Virus record (IMG/VR): IMGVR_UViG_3300017780_006605
Span: 1 to 40,092 of that record
Source of the DNA: a virus
Lineage: Duplodnaviria > Caudoviricetes
Length of the DNA: 40,092 nt
Direction: 5' to 3' (one strand)
Shown piece after piece: positions 12,701 through 22,462 of the stretch. The position numbers and the translations under genes are program-made. Under the pieces are notes generated by a model. It was given only the letters and a program-made list of their open reading frames with translations, was not told where the DNA came from and did not search any database. Position 1 is the stretch's first letter. The number at the start of each line of letters is the position of its first letter.

Positions 12701-15700
12701 AAGCATATGTTGCCCCGTCCCGCCTCTGCACAAAGCCCCAGCGGTAAGGCCGCCGGCCCTCCGCTTGCGTCTTCCGCCTCCTATACTATAGGAGCCGGCG
12801 AATTTGCATGGGTCGCCGCTGTTAGCGCATCAGTGTTAAACGAGGACGGCACACAAACTGATGCATCTATTAATCCTTTCTACGATTCTTATTATGAGTA
12901 TTCCGATGATATTTCTTACATCGGAAAAAATGGGTCGCTAATACCAGAGTTCAGGGTGGAAAACAAGATTGATCAATACTTAGCATCTAAAAACGTTAAT
13001 GTACTTAACGATATCTCGATTATCGGAGGCGACCCCGATAGTTCAAACAATACTTCTTCTGTGTTTTACAAAACATATACAAATACAGAATTTATGAAGA
13101 ATTTTTCAATAGTTAAAAATGAACACAAAGATCTTGTAGATCCTATGAGATTAACGCTGGAGTGTAATGCTTACGTTAAGTTTGTTCCATATAAAGGGTT
13201 CTTTCCGGCTGATAGAACAGTCGATATAGCATTGGCGTTTTCTGGCTCTTATTTACCATACGTTTCTTCTTCGATAGCATCAAGTTCATATGCAGGGGTG
13301 GGATCGGGAAGCTTTACCAACAGCATTCTGCATAGAAATGTGATGACTCCATTTTTGGGCCCCGGTCTTCTATTTAACGCGATTAAATCTGGAGTTGCAG
13401 TTGACTACGCAATTTTACAAAAACCAGTTTTAGATGCAGTAAGCGGATCAAACAATAGTGGCTCTGCCGCACTTTATAGTTATAAAGCCATTGTGACCAC
13501 CGAAGCGGTCGAAGCCGGCACGGAGAAAAATACTATGATTGTCGCAAGAAACGCCACAGATGCTTTTATTTCGAAAAGGTTGCCGTTTGAAGCGTTGTTA
13601 GAGCCAGAAAAATATATAAAAAATACTACTCTGTATGATTTTGAATCGCATCCGTCAGCTAGCACCAATATAAGAGAAAGAAATTTCACTTCAGCGGATC
13701 TTAACCATACAGGCTCAGACGGCGTTAGTACTTCCATACTTAAAACAGACGGAGATAATAAATATAAATTTATGGTCAATAACTTCCTATCGGAAGTTGT
13801 TAATTTTTTCCTAATAGACAATAAGCTTTCATCTTTAACTTCAAAACCAGAAAATATATTAAATCTTTCATTAACTTCTGGATCGATATATGGCGCTAGA
13901 TTGCGTATGTATCGTTCTTTAAATCAAGTGAGAAACTTTTTTCCATCAAATTATGATCTGCCACAAGACCCGGAGGGAAATTATGATTATGTATCTCGTC
14001 ATAGTATAACAAATAATGTGCCTGTATCGCTTACTAGTTCCTTGCTCAGTCTTCTTCGTCCAAATAATCTTCTTGAAGAAACCTTCACAATGTATAGTCG
14101 TCCATCGGCATTTGGACCAGATTTTGCATCTTCCACTTCCTCTACCGCTACTACGAGCCCCCAAAAGACCAACATCGGCAACAGTTTCTTCTCAAGGGAC
14201 GCCAGAACCGGGTGGAATCCAATATACACCCCGCCATATTATTACGGAGAGTCATGGGCCGATATTGTTTTCAAAGCCACAGAAACAAAAGTATATACAA
14301 TTCAAGATATTATACGCAACAGCAGAATAAACTATCTTAGATTTGATACTGCGAATCTTGCTTGGAGTGCTTCCGTTGGGTCGGAAATTACTACTGGCTC
14401 TATAAATGTGTGGCAACCAACCAAAGATGAAGCCGACACCTATTACTTATTGGACAAAACAAGAATCAATGCCAACTCCATGCAACTTGATGCGACATTA
14501 AACTTGCAAAATTATAAAATAGTTGTTAATTCTGAAATCAATAGCGCAGCTTCTACAACATTATTGAAAACAAGTGATTTATCATATGCTTGGAATATCG
14601 AAACAAAGTTCGAAACACCGATGTTAAATTTTGCTGACATATCTGGTTCCAACGGCGGCGGTGGAGGTGCCACCCTTCCCGCAGGCTCAGGCATGTGGCA
14701 TCAATTTGGTAAATTATCAAACGATAATGAAGGAATTTATATACAGATTGATGAAATACCACAAGGCTGGTTGACATACAATCCAATAGCAACAGGATCG
14801 GCTTATTATCAGGGTTCATCAAGTATACAAAACTTAACAGAATTAGTTGGATTTTCAACACAGCCAGTAAAACTCGGCCAGCTACAAAAAACCAAGAAAG
14901 TCTACGAAGCAGTAGTTGCAGTGCCATTTGTTGAAGAAGGAGGAATAAAGAAGTTCTTCGAAATTCCCAAAGAAACTATAGATATTTCTTTGGGAATTGA
15001 AGTCAATAGAAGAGCAGACAGATCAGATGAACCGGGCGAAACAATTAAGATGCTTTCTTCTTATTTGGACAAATACATATTTCCACCAATGTTTGATTAC
15101 AAGCTCAACACAGATATCATTCCAGTTTCTATGTATGTATTTGAATTTGACTATGATTTGGACGAAAACGATCTTTCATATATTTGGCAGAATCTACCAC
15201 CGGTTAGCTCAAAGGCAGTACAAAAGAAAGTCTTTTCAATTTCTCATAAGCTTCTTTACAATGAATTGATGGGCCACGCAAATGCCTTGAAGAATCAAAC
15301 AATTGATTCAAATATTCAATGGATGGTGTTTAAGATCAAGCAAAAGGCAAAATATGATTATAATGAATTCCTCGGCAATAAAGCGATTGATACAAATAAT
15401 CAACTGATCGACGCTAAAACTATCGGCTTGTTTTCAAACACTAATACAAATCTATTTGCTGATGTTAAGTACAGCTATAACTGGCCATATGATTATTTTT
15501 CCTTGGTTGAACTGGCCGAAATTAAGGTGGCAATTGATCTTGAAAAGCCAGATGATGATTCATCAACAAAAATATTTACTCCAGAAAAAACAAAGCCCAC
15601 TAGCGGCACAGCACTAATAGGTGCAAATTTAAGCAATCTAGTTTCTACCACAACCACTACAACAACTGCGGCACTTGCGGCAATAAAGGGGATTAAGTAA
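6716..15700 (+). CDS. Giant (2994 aa) baseplate/tail protein with LamG (concanavalin A-like) domain(s) and a gp7/P2 gpI-like wedge segment
   Basis: SVEFW...WQQYSVV...FYVEG...LSGSIDDFRYWK (LamG); LKAKGTEKAYRNLIRCFG resembles the KGT motif of gp7/P2 gpI; Ser/Thr/Gly-rich; lies in the baseplate cluster. Confidence 0.7.
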   Translation: MSLKNIFSSAPKVVASQSLNSAGSTVESADFIVEKQIDIQRVVPPVDYSEPKNFAKFGLASKYYNDAYVRISSQYPYDGSLKEKTQFFNTSSNFDKWIFDNKYPRFTGYMTFSPSGWGNVSSTNSGYGLPSTLNYIYIKGGPNTSGSTLVEKFKYSNFYSEEYKRSSNLFYDLVDGVSVEFWLNKFAFNSSKTQKEVIFDLWNNQASSSTGYGRLTIELTSSTSDTSAFYITAQSGTSGYFREKLSVLTTPTLTGSGWQQYSVVLKNTGANIDTKFYVEGQLNNSFTTGSSLQPVTGAMLATIGSLVTAVSGTSTALGYGKLSGSIDDFRYWKTARTEKDVKLNWFTTVNGGTNTDDANTDLGVYYKFNEGITDNSTYDAVAIDYSGRISNGTIVGYEATSRSTGSAFVLAGYTEQTDPTIYATHPDYTSSLETLVEDSFEHDTSNNAAVYNYIPQWIREDEDNNGEGLLPNLVQTISVYFDNLYQQISYLNKFKNIQYTSGSDKPVTFANRLIENYGLIVPELFVESDIAEYFANRTDTMLYSGSLTDIKNKIYLNIYNNLTNILKAKGTEKAYRNLIRCFGVDSELIKMNLYADQSTYTLKDNTYSTAIKKKFVDFNDSDRFDTTVYQYADASITSSLSYIPGNTSASYMGFTAETEVIFPKKFDQSDSLYIPYLFLTSSLFGMHEADSGSASNLTWYGTDDINFQVYAVRPEAESKNVYFQLRDYAGAYVNITSSVYSDVYSNSKWNFAVRVRPDKYENIDLVSETSGSTYTIELYGVKTSLDTIEQEFTVSQSVSNALGKKFFTKAKRFYIGSHVLNFTSSQNVITRTDTKISTLKYWQSYLDNDVIRAHSKDASNYGSLHAYRNAYAPSLTGISGTYVPQIETLALNWDFTTVTSSDNGDGNPTNKVAQFIVPDATSGSIDLLSRYGWLGQILNHQYTGRGDFFLPNETQVVNTEYVFAAKQQLPESLDTLDSIQILNQDDITFNRETRPSNYFYTFEKSMYQNISEEMLNMFGTIIEFNNLIGEPVNRYRQEYKDMSKLRQLFFERVQNVPSLDKFIDFYKWLDSALSVFIAQLTPASANVSEKIFNIIESHILERNKYWTKFPTIDFKGTDPESGLESINRLLYNWKFGHRPLSGLQSDNADYWLNKAERTTVPLSSSISGSNFSRNAIFAATTSALNRRFTTPMRYVVDEVKEYRSGVNFPKNNKIDFLKIATAPHGPTINDGIFNIPANILFVGVENTSSLLKDISDVKSPNAKIKYNFTAIQGRDYTDTTLGYGEKLKSNIAIPATFVSGNITSGYNAEVVSGFMSGVIITNLHNDVYGSDKERPVQGPFTNQWVGGLQSRHVAINGGTDSYTTRPEAWKLLLGQIGTSSYQATLGFVGADYPYPEGNPTEPSYPVLVHKRAYYYREETAKRPVNIRNIQSVTSSNNLGNYTSNYEVVHSVGRTNNNMLLIEQTGAAINLYQTELKEILRTAPNDYRIDFSLPTRTVNKSIIGNRFSAPGEVRTLSRGYLNRFAEEMSPYNAMPFRNKQIIGDARRISDTLTVETTTTNQYIYPSIISGTNGITYNSLLARSSVFGGFMSGSSVVPSIHKVNKNTIYKSIDSGITPVYDNGFISHQIPRKDSGYAWITASLIQGVVGGNIVNFGFVNNFVTAPSGTTSMVQTLPLVTVSDVGLNAARTFVLTGAVTTVDSVGLNTIIVESVTVDTLGISTAPLSTLTSSVVASLPTANIAGLFNALMIMRNGLYQYPTFKQINRNAHPVVRYQIKNSQFGTEKSLVQGVNSRNETLVGKKQNVFFTEPFVVYRKPIKTSLGYDDGKSAANVQFTFSNQNENEYFCNDEFTSLLGLIKCENESYNKISKLYLNGALQSSLSPISKFNSLRYEEDVYPSAINRFKAIIRRRSNFDNQFWRDSQTDRIADNLSSSFGSTTIPSQSMWPLDAPSDFATRTTFGASATGNGAGILQNNHSFYYSTEASASALKISPLYARKHMLPRPASAQSPSGKAAGPPLASSASYTIGAGEFAWVAAVSASVLNEDGTQTDASINPFYDSYYEYSDDISYIGKNGSLIPEFRVENKIDQYLASKNVNVLNDISIIGGDPDSSNNTSSVFYKTYTNTEFMKNFSIVKNEHKDLVDPMRLTLECNAYVKFVPYKGFFPADRTVDIALAFSGSYLPYVSSSIASSSYAGVGSGSFTNSILHRNVMTPFLGPGLLFNAIKSGVAVDYAILQKPVLDAVSGSNNSGSAALYSYKAIVTTEAVEAGTEKNTMIVARNATDAFISKRLPFEALLEPEKYIKNTTLYDFESHPSASTNIRERNFTSADLNHTGSDGVSTSILKTDGDNKYKFMVNNFLSEVVNFFLIDNKLSSLTSKPENILNLSLTSGSIYGARLRMYRSLNQVRNFFPSNYDLPQDPEGNYDYVSRHSITNNVPVSLTSSLLSLLRPNNLLEETFTMYSRPSAFGPDFASSTSSTATTSPQKTNIGNSFFSRDARTGWNPIYTPPYYYGESWADIVFKATETKVYTIQDIIRNSRINYLRFDTANLAWSASVGSEITTGSINVWQPTKDEADTYYLLDKTRINANSMQLDATLNLQNYKIVVNSEINSAASTTLLKTSDLSYAWNIETKFETPMLNFADISGSNGGGGGATLPAGSGMWHQFGKLSNDNEGIYIQIDEIPQGWLTYNPIATGSAYYQGSSSIQNLTELVGFSTQPVKLGQLQKTKKVYEAVVAVPFVEEGGIKKFFEIPKETIDISLGIEVNRRADRSDEPGETIKMLSSYLDKYIFPPMFDYKLNTDIIPVSMYVFEFDYDLDENDLSYIWQNLPPVSSKAVQKKVFSISHKLLYNELMGHANALKNQTIDSNIQWMVFKIKQKAKYDYNEFLGNKAIDTNNQLIDAKTIGLFSNTNTNLFADVKYSYNWPYDYFSLVELAEIKVAIDLEKPDDDSSTKIFTPEKTKPTSGTALIGANLSNLVSTTTTTTTAALAAIKGIK

Positions 15701-16719
15701 TGTCTTTCTTTAATAAAAAAGAAGAAGTCATAGACTTACAACTTACGCAATACGGCAAACAATTATTATCTTTGGGCAAGTTTAAGCCAGTTTATTATAC
15801 TTTTTTTGATAATAATATTCTGTATGATTCAAGTTATTCTGGTATATCTGGCGAAGTACTAACGACAATTGAAAACAGAATCCAAGATGAAACGCCATAT
15901 AATAAGACTCAATATGTATTTTCTGGCAGAGAAACCGCAGTAAATGCATTTGTCGAAGCCAACAGGAACAGATTGGCGAATGAACCAGATTCCGCAATAT
16001 TATCATTTACAAATCCAGCAGAAGCAGCTTATACACAAGTGCTGCCCTTGGGAAACTCCGATCTTGGCACCCAGAAAGCCCCAAATTTCTCTGTTGTATT
16101 TTTTAATGGAGAGTTGTCCGGATCTGTAGCTACTTCTTATTCTAGTTCCTATTCTATTCAAAGAATTCCTCAACTAAATGCAACAATCAAATTTACAATA
16201 AAACCAATCGACGTTTCCAAGGCCGGAATAGAAACCAATAAAATAAAATATTCCGTACCATCCAAGTTCGATGGTTCTGATACGGCATTTCAGATAACGG
16301 AAGATTATTTGTTATTTCAGTTAATGGAAAACAATACAGAGTTTGAAAAAGAGAATTTTGAAATTTTGCCATTTTTGGTAGAAACAGTTTCTGGCAGTAC
16401 GGTTTCTACCGCGATAGGATCCAGCTATGAACAGTTAATACCGTTGCCATTTCAAAAAATAAACCCATCTTTTCTTAATCTCTCTCCGTGGGATCCCAAA
16501 CCAGAAAAGCTGCCAGAATTTATAGATCATTATTTTGAAATACTTGCTGACGACGAAATTCCAGAAGAGCTAATTTGCGAATCTATTTCAAGAATGAAAA
16601 AAATGGATTATATGTTAGATGATGATTTTGATTGCGAGGATATTAAGAATGTGCCATCTCCAGTTAACCTATATCAGTCCAACATTATTGACGATGATGT
16701 AGAGAAGTGCGATATATAA
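15700..16719 (+). CDS. Tail/baseplate protein; N-terminus paralogous to 22463-23371
   Basis: IDLQLTQYGKQLLSLGKFKPVYYTFFDNNILY aligns by eye with ILDAVLTDTGRFRLSKG...ISKFAFGDDEINY. Confidence 0.6.
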   Translation: MSFFNKKEEVIDLQLTQYGKQLLSLGKFKPVYYTFFDNNILYDSSYSGISGEVLTTIENRIQDETPYNKTQYVFSGRETAVNAFVEANRNRLANEPDSAILSFTNPAEAAYTQVLPLGNSDLGTQKAPNFSVVFFNGELSGSVATSYSSSYSIQRIPQLNATIKFTIKPIDVSKAGIETNKIKYSVPSKFDGSDTAFQITEDYLLFQLMENNTEFEKENFEILPFLVETVSGSTVSTAIGSSYEQLIPLPFQKINPSFLNLSPWDPKPEKLPEFIDHYFEILADDEIPEELICESISRMKKMDYMLDDDFDCEDIKNVPSPVNLYQSNIIDDDVEKCDI

Positions 16720-16753
16720 TTGAGTTAAAATTAGATAGGGTTATATTTAATAC

Positions 16754-19700
16754 ATGGCGTTAATATACGATGGATTACAGAATCTTGTTGGCAACAATTT
16801 GCCAAACATAAGCATCGATAGCATTCAATTGTCTATTGGAACAGATCCAGAGCCGGAAAGTAATCCTCACATTAACAGTAGCAGAGAGTATGTTCGAACT
16901 GGAATTTCTGGAAACAAATTAGTACAAAATGCGATGCCGTCTATAACACAACAACAAACACAGAATAAAAACTTTTTTCTTGATATCTCTCTTTCGTCTA
17001 CAAAAACAAAAGATCAAAACACTTCTTTGGTTTTTGGTAAAACCAATTTTCTTGATTTTGTCTACGTTAAAGTAATCCAGAGTTTAAGCTCTGATTTAAC
17101 AGCCGAATTAATAGCAAACAATTTTCCGACTGATTATACAAAGCTTAAAAACATAGCTTCATATTCGGAACGCTTGTTCAAATTAAGTGATTTTTATTTA
17201 ATGGCCCCAACCGTAACTGAAAATAATAATATAAAAATCTCTAAATATACAAATAAAATAAGATTTACAAGCAAGAACCCAGAAAAAGAACACTTGGATG
17301 TATTTGCGTTTGCTTATTTAGATGTTGACGAATTGATAAGCACTTTTGAGCTTAATATGACAAATGATTTTGATGTTAAGGGAAACATAACAAAAGAAAG
17401 AGTTATCGAAAAGTCAAAAACAAATAATAAAGCGTATACGCTGACAGATCAAAATAACAATATTTTTATTGGCACCCCAATAAAGGGAAAGAACGGAAAA
17501 TTCTACGCAACAAAACCAACGTCTTCTGCACAAGAAGCAACGTTGCGACCTTTAAATCTGGTTACGACAACTAATAAAAAAATCATTGACTCTAGAAATA
17601 TGTCCGAGATAGATACTGAAACTGTTATAAGTAGAGAAATAGTACCACAGGTAGGATCGTCAAGCATCTCCCGTGAAATACCCAGTATTATTCCACAGCA
17701 ACAATCGTTTTTGTCGCAGCTTTATTTGTCTAGACAGAAAAATAATACATATTCATCACTTTTTGTATTCGACATTATTTCATACCTTAAGAAAAACTCC
17801 AGTACGCCAGAAATATATAACGATGAAGAGTCCCATAATTACATCAAGATTAAAAAAATTAGTATCATAAGAAAACGAGTAAAAACAGTTGATTCAGTTG
17901 TTTATCCGTTTAGTGAATACACTCCGGATAAAACACTAATAACAACATCTGAAACTTCATTTGGAAATATTGTTAATAAATTTTCTTTTATTGATGGATA
18001 TGGCAAGATGTATACCACATCAATAAACGATCTGACAAATGGAAACTTTGGTTCAACATTGCCAACTTTTGCTACGGTCGAAACATTGAAAAAAATTGCT
18101 TCAATCACAGAGATTAATGTTTCAAACGCAAAAGGGTTTAGAACGTTTACATTTACTGATTATGAAATTTCAACTTTGTCAACCGGCGAATATAGATACG
18201 GCATTGAAATAGAGGTTGAAGACAGAATAGGCGAGCTAAATCAGAAAAGGGTTGACAATCTTTATAAAGCGAGGACAAAGACATTGGCTTATTTATCAGA
18301 AGCAGAAAGGTCTGATATGTTCTCTATGGCAGAAAATAGGCAAAATGACAAATTTATTGCAACCCAAAACACAAAGTATAAAACACTGAATCTTAAATCA
18401 GTCATTCAAGCTGGAGCGATAAATCAAGTACTAACAATACAGCACGCTCCGTGGATTGAAGTTCCGTCGTTGTTGTCGGACACAAAAAGGCAAATAAACA
18501 AAGAGGCCAATGTGTCAGAAATGGTTGAGCAATATTATAATTTGCTGAACCCGACAACAACAAGCCCGACCAGCATTAGCAGCATTGTCTCTAAAATTGA
18601 TAGCACCATCGCAAACATAAGAAAAATATATTCTTTGGATGAAAAGCAAGATAAGAGTTCACTTTCATATAAATCAAGTGTTTTAAAATCACGGCTAATA
18701 ACACACACATTTAGCAACGTTATTAATTCTGATATTAGAAAAGTTGGGATTGATTATTTGAATGTTGCTACGGCACAAGACTTATCAGCAAATTCTATTG
18801 GTCTATCAAAGGTAGCAAAGTCTGTCTTTGATCTTCGGATTAACACGGAAATGAATAAATATTTTCCATCAACAAGCAATATTACAGCATTTAATACAGC
18901 AGGGAGTTTTAGTTCTGACGAGTTAGCGTCACTGGGAGATATAACGAGTTATAGCTCTTGTTATTTTTCTCCCGCCATAGCGATTGTTGATGGAAAGGAA
19001 ATCAAACTGGATACAACAGATATTTCGAACACAAATCCAGAAAAATATGATATGATTATTAACAAGTCTGTTTCGACAAACAACGTGGCAGATAAAAGCG
19101 TTAATAATGAATTATCCACAAAAACAAACTTAAGCCTTTCTACGGTTGAGGATTTTTCTTCTAATTTAACCACAACAATACAACTGTCCTTTATAGCAAA
19201 GCCCTCGCTATTATCTGATGCATCCAATATATTTGACAATGATGGATTTAATACTGCCACAAATAGTTTCACTTTAAATGATTTTTGCAAAAGATCAAAC
19301 GGCGAAGGTAAAAACGAAAATATGCTATTGAAAATGGTTTCATTAACTAATTTTTTGCTTGACGATATCATCCGTCCAACTGCCAAAAACGACACTTTTA
19401 ATGACGTTACATCGATTAATACAATTGATAAATTTAGCATCACATCTAATACAAGTATTTTGAACACAGCCAAAGAGAAAACGATAACCACGACTATGGT
19501 TACCACATCGGCCATTCAGTCCACTTCTGGTAGTTCAACGATTTCGATTGCAACCCCGATTGTCGTGAATAGTCTTGCTGCCATTCCTTTGCAGACGAAA
19601 AGCCTTATGCTTAGTACGGTAACTCCAACAAAGTTCAAACTAAGCAGCATTGGGTTTGATCCATTTTTACATCCGGATACAAAAAACTTTATGAGATTGA

Positions 19701-20152
19701 ATTTTCAAAACATATGTCAGACTGAATATCTGGCAGGATTTGAAAAAGGCAACATTAACCTGCCAATTTGGAGCTTGTTGAACAAACAAGCTTATGATTC
19801 TTTGGAAGGCCAGATTGTCATAAGAACAAAACAATATACAAACAAGCTATTTAATATTGGAACAGAAACTGGATTTAATTATGATACATATAATGAATTT
19901 TCTATTCTTGAAAAAGAAGAAATAACACCATCAGTTTCTGTTTCTAAGCCACGCAATATATTGCCAAACATCAACATTAATGTTGGCAACTCCACGGTTA
20001 GCGTGAACAATATATATTCTAGCTTAAATATAACAGCCGGAAGCGTTACGCAAACAGAACTAACGAAGCAATTAATTGTTGCCAATACAATTGACGCAGA
20101 AATAAAACCAAGCTATACATATTCAAAATTAGAGTTAGATAATGCCAATTAA
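16754..20152 (+). CDS. Hypothetical structural protein (1132 aa)
   Basis: Long Ser/Thr/Asn-rich ORF inside the tail cluster; TATATTTAA variant motif immediately upstream. Confidence 0.75.
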   Translation: MALIYDGLQNLVGNNLPNISIDSIQLSIGTDPEPESNPHINSSREYVRTGISGNKLVQNAMPSITQQQTQNKNFFLDISLSSTKTKDQNTSLVFGKTNFLDFVYVKVIQSLSSDLTAELIANNFPTDYTKLKNIASYSERLFKLSDFYLMAPTVTENNNIKISKYTNKIRFTSKNPEKEHLDVFAFAYLDVDELISTFELNMTNDFDVKGNITKERVIEKSKTNNKAYTLTDQNNNIFIGTPIKGKNGKFYATKPTSSAQEATLRPLNLVTTTNKKIIDSRNMSEIDTETVISREIVPQVGSSSISREIPSIIPQQQSFLSQLYLSRQKNNTYSSLFVFDIISYLKKNSSTPEIYNDEESHNYIKIKKISIIRKRVKTVDSVVYPFSEYTPDKTLITTSETSFGNIVNKFSFIDGYGKMYTTSINDLTNGNFGSTLPTFATVETLKKIASITEINVSNAKGFRTFTFTDYEISTLSTGEYRYGIEIEVEDRIGELNQKRVDNLYKARTKTLAYLSEAERSDMFSMAENRQNDKFIATQNTKYKTLNLKSVIQAGAINQVLTIQHAPWIEVPSLLSDTKRQINKEANVSEMVEQYYNLLNPTTTSPTSISSIVSKIDSTIANIRKIYSLDEKQDKSSLSYKSSVLKSRLITHTFSNVINSDIRKVGIDYLNVATAQDLSANSIGLSKVAKSVFDLRINTEMNKYFPSTSNITAFNTAGSFSSDELASLGDITSYSSCYFSPAIAIVDGKEIKLDTTDISNTNPEKYDMIINKSVSTNNVADKSVNNELSTKTNLSLSTVEDFSSNLTTTIQLSFIAKPSLLSDASNIFDNDGFNTATNSFTLNDFCKRSNGEGKNENMLLKMVSLTNFLLDDIIRPTAKNDTFNDVTSINTIDKFSITSNTSILNTAKEKTITTTMVTTSAIQSTSGSSTISIATPIVVNSLAAIPLQTKSLMLSTVTPTKFKLSSIGFDPFLHPDTKNFMRLNFQNICQTEYLAGFEKGNINLPIWSLLNKQAYDSLEGQIVIRTKQYTNKLFNIGTETGFNYDTYNEFSILEKEEITPSVSVSKPRNILPNININVGNSTVSVNNIYSSLNITAGSVTQTELTKQLIVANTIDAEIKPSYTYSKLELDNAN

Positions 20153-22433
20153 TAGAAAAATTACAATAACAGAACGGCAAAATGCGGCGGAAATAAGAAG
20201 TTTATTTAATGTTGGCCCCGCTATAACTGCTGAAAGTATATCTACAAATTCAACTTTTGGATTGGCTGAAAATTCGACGGTAATAAAGAAATTTATTAAA
20301 ACAACAACATCAGACCTTGGCACCTTACCCACAATAACTCAGACATATGAGTTTTCTAAAACAAATTCTACTGACAGTTTATCTGATTGGTCAACTTTTG
20401 TCTCCAACAATTTGGTGACAAATGTTCCGTCTGATCACTTTACTAATATTGAGGGATTTTACGATCTGAATGATGCCGCCAATCTTTCTTTAACACAACA
20501 AACTTATATTGCCAATGTTAATTATGAATACAACTTTTTGATTGAAGCGTTTGAAAAAACAATCCAAGCACCATTTTTTGACGAAAAAATACTTCCCAAT
20601 ATGTACGCAATTATGTACGCCAAAACAGAAGAGGACATAGGAAGCCAAACAAGAATTTTTAATAATATTGTCACACTAAACAATACGTTAAACGCAACAG
20701 AAACATATTCGATACAGAAAAAAGCCTTAACCAACAAATCTCCACAAGGAGAATACCACGATTTATTTGCGAAAACGCTAAAGAAAATTCAAAATAGGAG
20801 AATTATTGTTAATACGAAAAATATAACCAATGTTATGAGAAACATTGTTGTCCCGCCAGAACAGCTAAAAGCAATAAATGAAATGAGTGCCTACAAAGAA
20901 CTCTACCCAATGTATAGCGAAATAAACATAACAATGGATAAGTTTTCAGGTTTTTCAACTTTACTAAGAGACTCTAACCTAACTCTTTCTTTAATCAATT
21001 ATGTTATAAACAGTCCCCCACAATTAGGCAGTTTTGCTTATAGCGAGCAGGTTGTAGAATATGCTGTCGGTAGCGTTCTCAACCCAACAACAAAAAACAA
21101 CGTTTCAACAAAGGTATTAAATACATACAATATATACGATTGGTGGCAAAAAACAAAAGATGATTTTACACCAAGCGAAACAAACAACGATAACACGCTC
21201 ATATTGGGCATTGATGACGAAACTAAAAAGATAACCGAAAAAGGGTATGAATTTGCTAGGGCTTTAAGCTATTTAATATTTTATGGTAAATTAAGAAAAT
21301 TAGCCGCTCTAACGCAGAGAAATTTTGATCAAACAATTAGCGCAGAGCCAGCTTATTCTGAGGCAGTGTTTTATAAGGTAACTAAGCATAGAACCGGCTC
21401 CGCGATCCCAATCCAGACATTTTGGATTCCGAACTCGGCAGAAATGGACACTTTCCAATTTATAGATACGCAAGTAAAATACAACACTTCTTATGATTAT
21501 AAAATATCATCTTTTGCAATAGTTATCGGCAGCGGAATAAGCACGGCTAATATGGGAACTTCTGCTGCCGGAAGCAGCTTCATTGCAACGCTTGATTACA
21601 CAACCACTCCAGTTGTTACTTTAGTGGAAATACCTGTCTACAACGTAACCAACAAAATTATTGATGACCCCCCACTGCCACCAGAAATTCTTGTTATACC
21701 AAGCAAAAACATAAATAATAAAATAAAGTTTTTCTTCAATAATTCAACTGGCGAAGAAGTGGCCCCATTTTATCAAATCAATTCAGACGAAGCTGCGTCC
21801 AATAAGGTGATCAATACGATGTTCACATCGTTGCCAAATGATAAAATAAGATTTAAATCGGACGATATTGCTTCGTTCTTTGAAGTCTTCAGATTAAACT
21901 CAAAACCAACATCGTATTCAAGTTTTGAGAATAGCAGGATTGCCAACGTTGCTACCGATTATAATTTAAATACTCCCGTAAAAGCATCGTCTGCCAGCTT
22001 TATTGATACAATAGCTCCAAATACAAAATATTATTACACCTTTAGAACTATTGATTTTCACGGCCATATCTCCAATCCAACGGATGTATATGAAATCCAA
22101 ATGGTTGATAATGATGGCGCGATCTACTTACAAACAAATATGTTGAGCATTAAGGATTTTAAAGAAAATAAAATAGGCAAGAAGGTGTTGAAGAAGCTTT
22201 TTTATATAAAGCCGGAAATTTTGCAAACATTTGTTAACGAAGCCATGGTAGAAAAATATGGAATGACAAAAGCAGATGATATATACGGATTAGGAAGCCC
22301 AAATATATTAGGGGTGGCAGAGATGCCAGTATGGAACAAGAGTTTTAAGTTAAGATTTATTTCTAAAAAAACAGGTAAAATGTTCGACTTGAATCTAAAC
22401 TTGGAAGTAGAAATAGATAAAGAAAACTTATAA
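20142..22433 (+). CDS. Structural protein with two fibronectin type III-like segments
   Basis: FIDTQVKYNTSYDYKISSF and FIDTIAPNTKYYYTFRTIDFHGHISNP match the FN3 D..v.p.t.Y.Y.v pattern; PPLPP linker between them. Confidence 0.65.
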   Translation: MPINRKITITERQNAAEIRSLFNVGPAITAESISTNSTFGLAENSTVIKKFIKTTTSDLGTLPTITQTYEFSKTNSTDSLSDWSTFVSNNLVTNVPSDHFTNIEGFYDLNDAANLSLTQQTYIANVNYEYNFLIEAFEKTIQAPFFDEKILPNMYAIMYAKTEEDIGSQTRIFNNIVTLNNTLNATETYSIQKKALTNKSPQGEYHDLFAKTLKKIQNRRIIVNTKNITNVMRNIVVPPEQLKAINEMSAYKELYPMYSEINITMDKFSGFSTLLRDSNLTLSLINYVINSPPQLGSFAYSEQVVEYAVGSVLNPTTKNNVSTKVLNTYNIYDWWQKTKDDFTPSETNNDNTLILGIDDETKKITEKGYEFARALSYLIFYGKLRKLAALTQRNFDQTISAEPAYSEAVFYKVTKHRTGSAIPIQTFWIPNSAEMDTFQFIDTQVKYNTSYDYKISSFAIVIGSGISTANMGTSAAGSSFIATLDYTTTPVVTLVEIPVYNVTNKIIDDPPLPPEILVIPSKNINNKIKFFFNNSTGEEVAPFYQINSDEAASNKVINTMFTSLPNDKIRFKSDDIASFFEVFRLNSKPTSYSSFENSRIANVATDYNLNTPVKASSASFIDTIAPNTKYYYTFRTIDFHGHISNPTDVYEIQMVDNDGAIYLQTNMLSIKDFKENKIGKKVLKKLFYIKPEILQTFVNEAMVEKYGMTKADDIYGLGSPNILGVAEMPVWNKSFKLRFISKKTGKMFDLNLNLEVEIDKENL

Positions 22434-22436
22434 TAC

Positions 22437-22444
22437 ACTATTTA
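22437..22444 (+). promoter_or_regulatory. Putative late-promoter motif ACTATTTA followed by SD AGAGGA
   Basis: Intergenic, 18 nt upstream of ATG 22463. Confidence 0.6.
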
Positions 22445-22462
22445 TAGGGTAGAGGAACAAAT

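Noticed and set aside
15643-15668. Thr run at the C-terminus of the giant protein, and Gly runs at about 14654 and 36689
   Set aside because: Low-complexity linkers with mixed codons, not DNA-level tandem repeats or phase-variable tracts.
22439-22446. TATTTATA read as a minus-strand T4 late promoter (TATAAATA); also at 24542-24549
   Set aside because: No substantial minus-strand gene follows, and other copies (CTAATTA, CTATTTAG) break the T4 consensus while keeping their position upstream of + genes.
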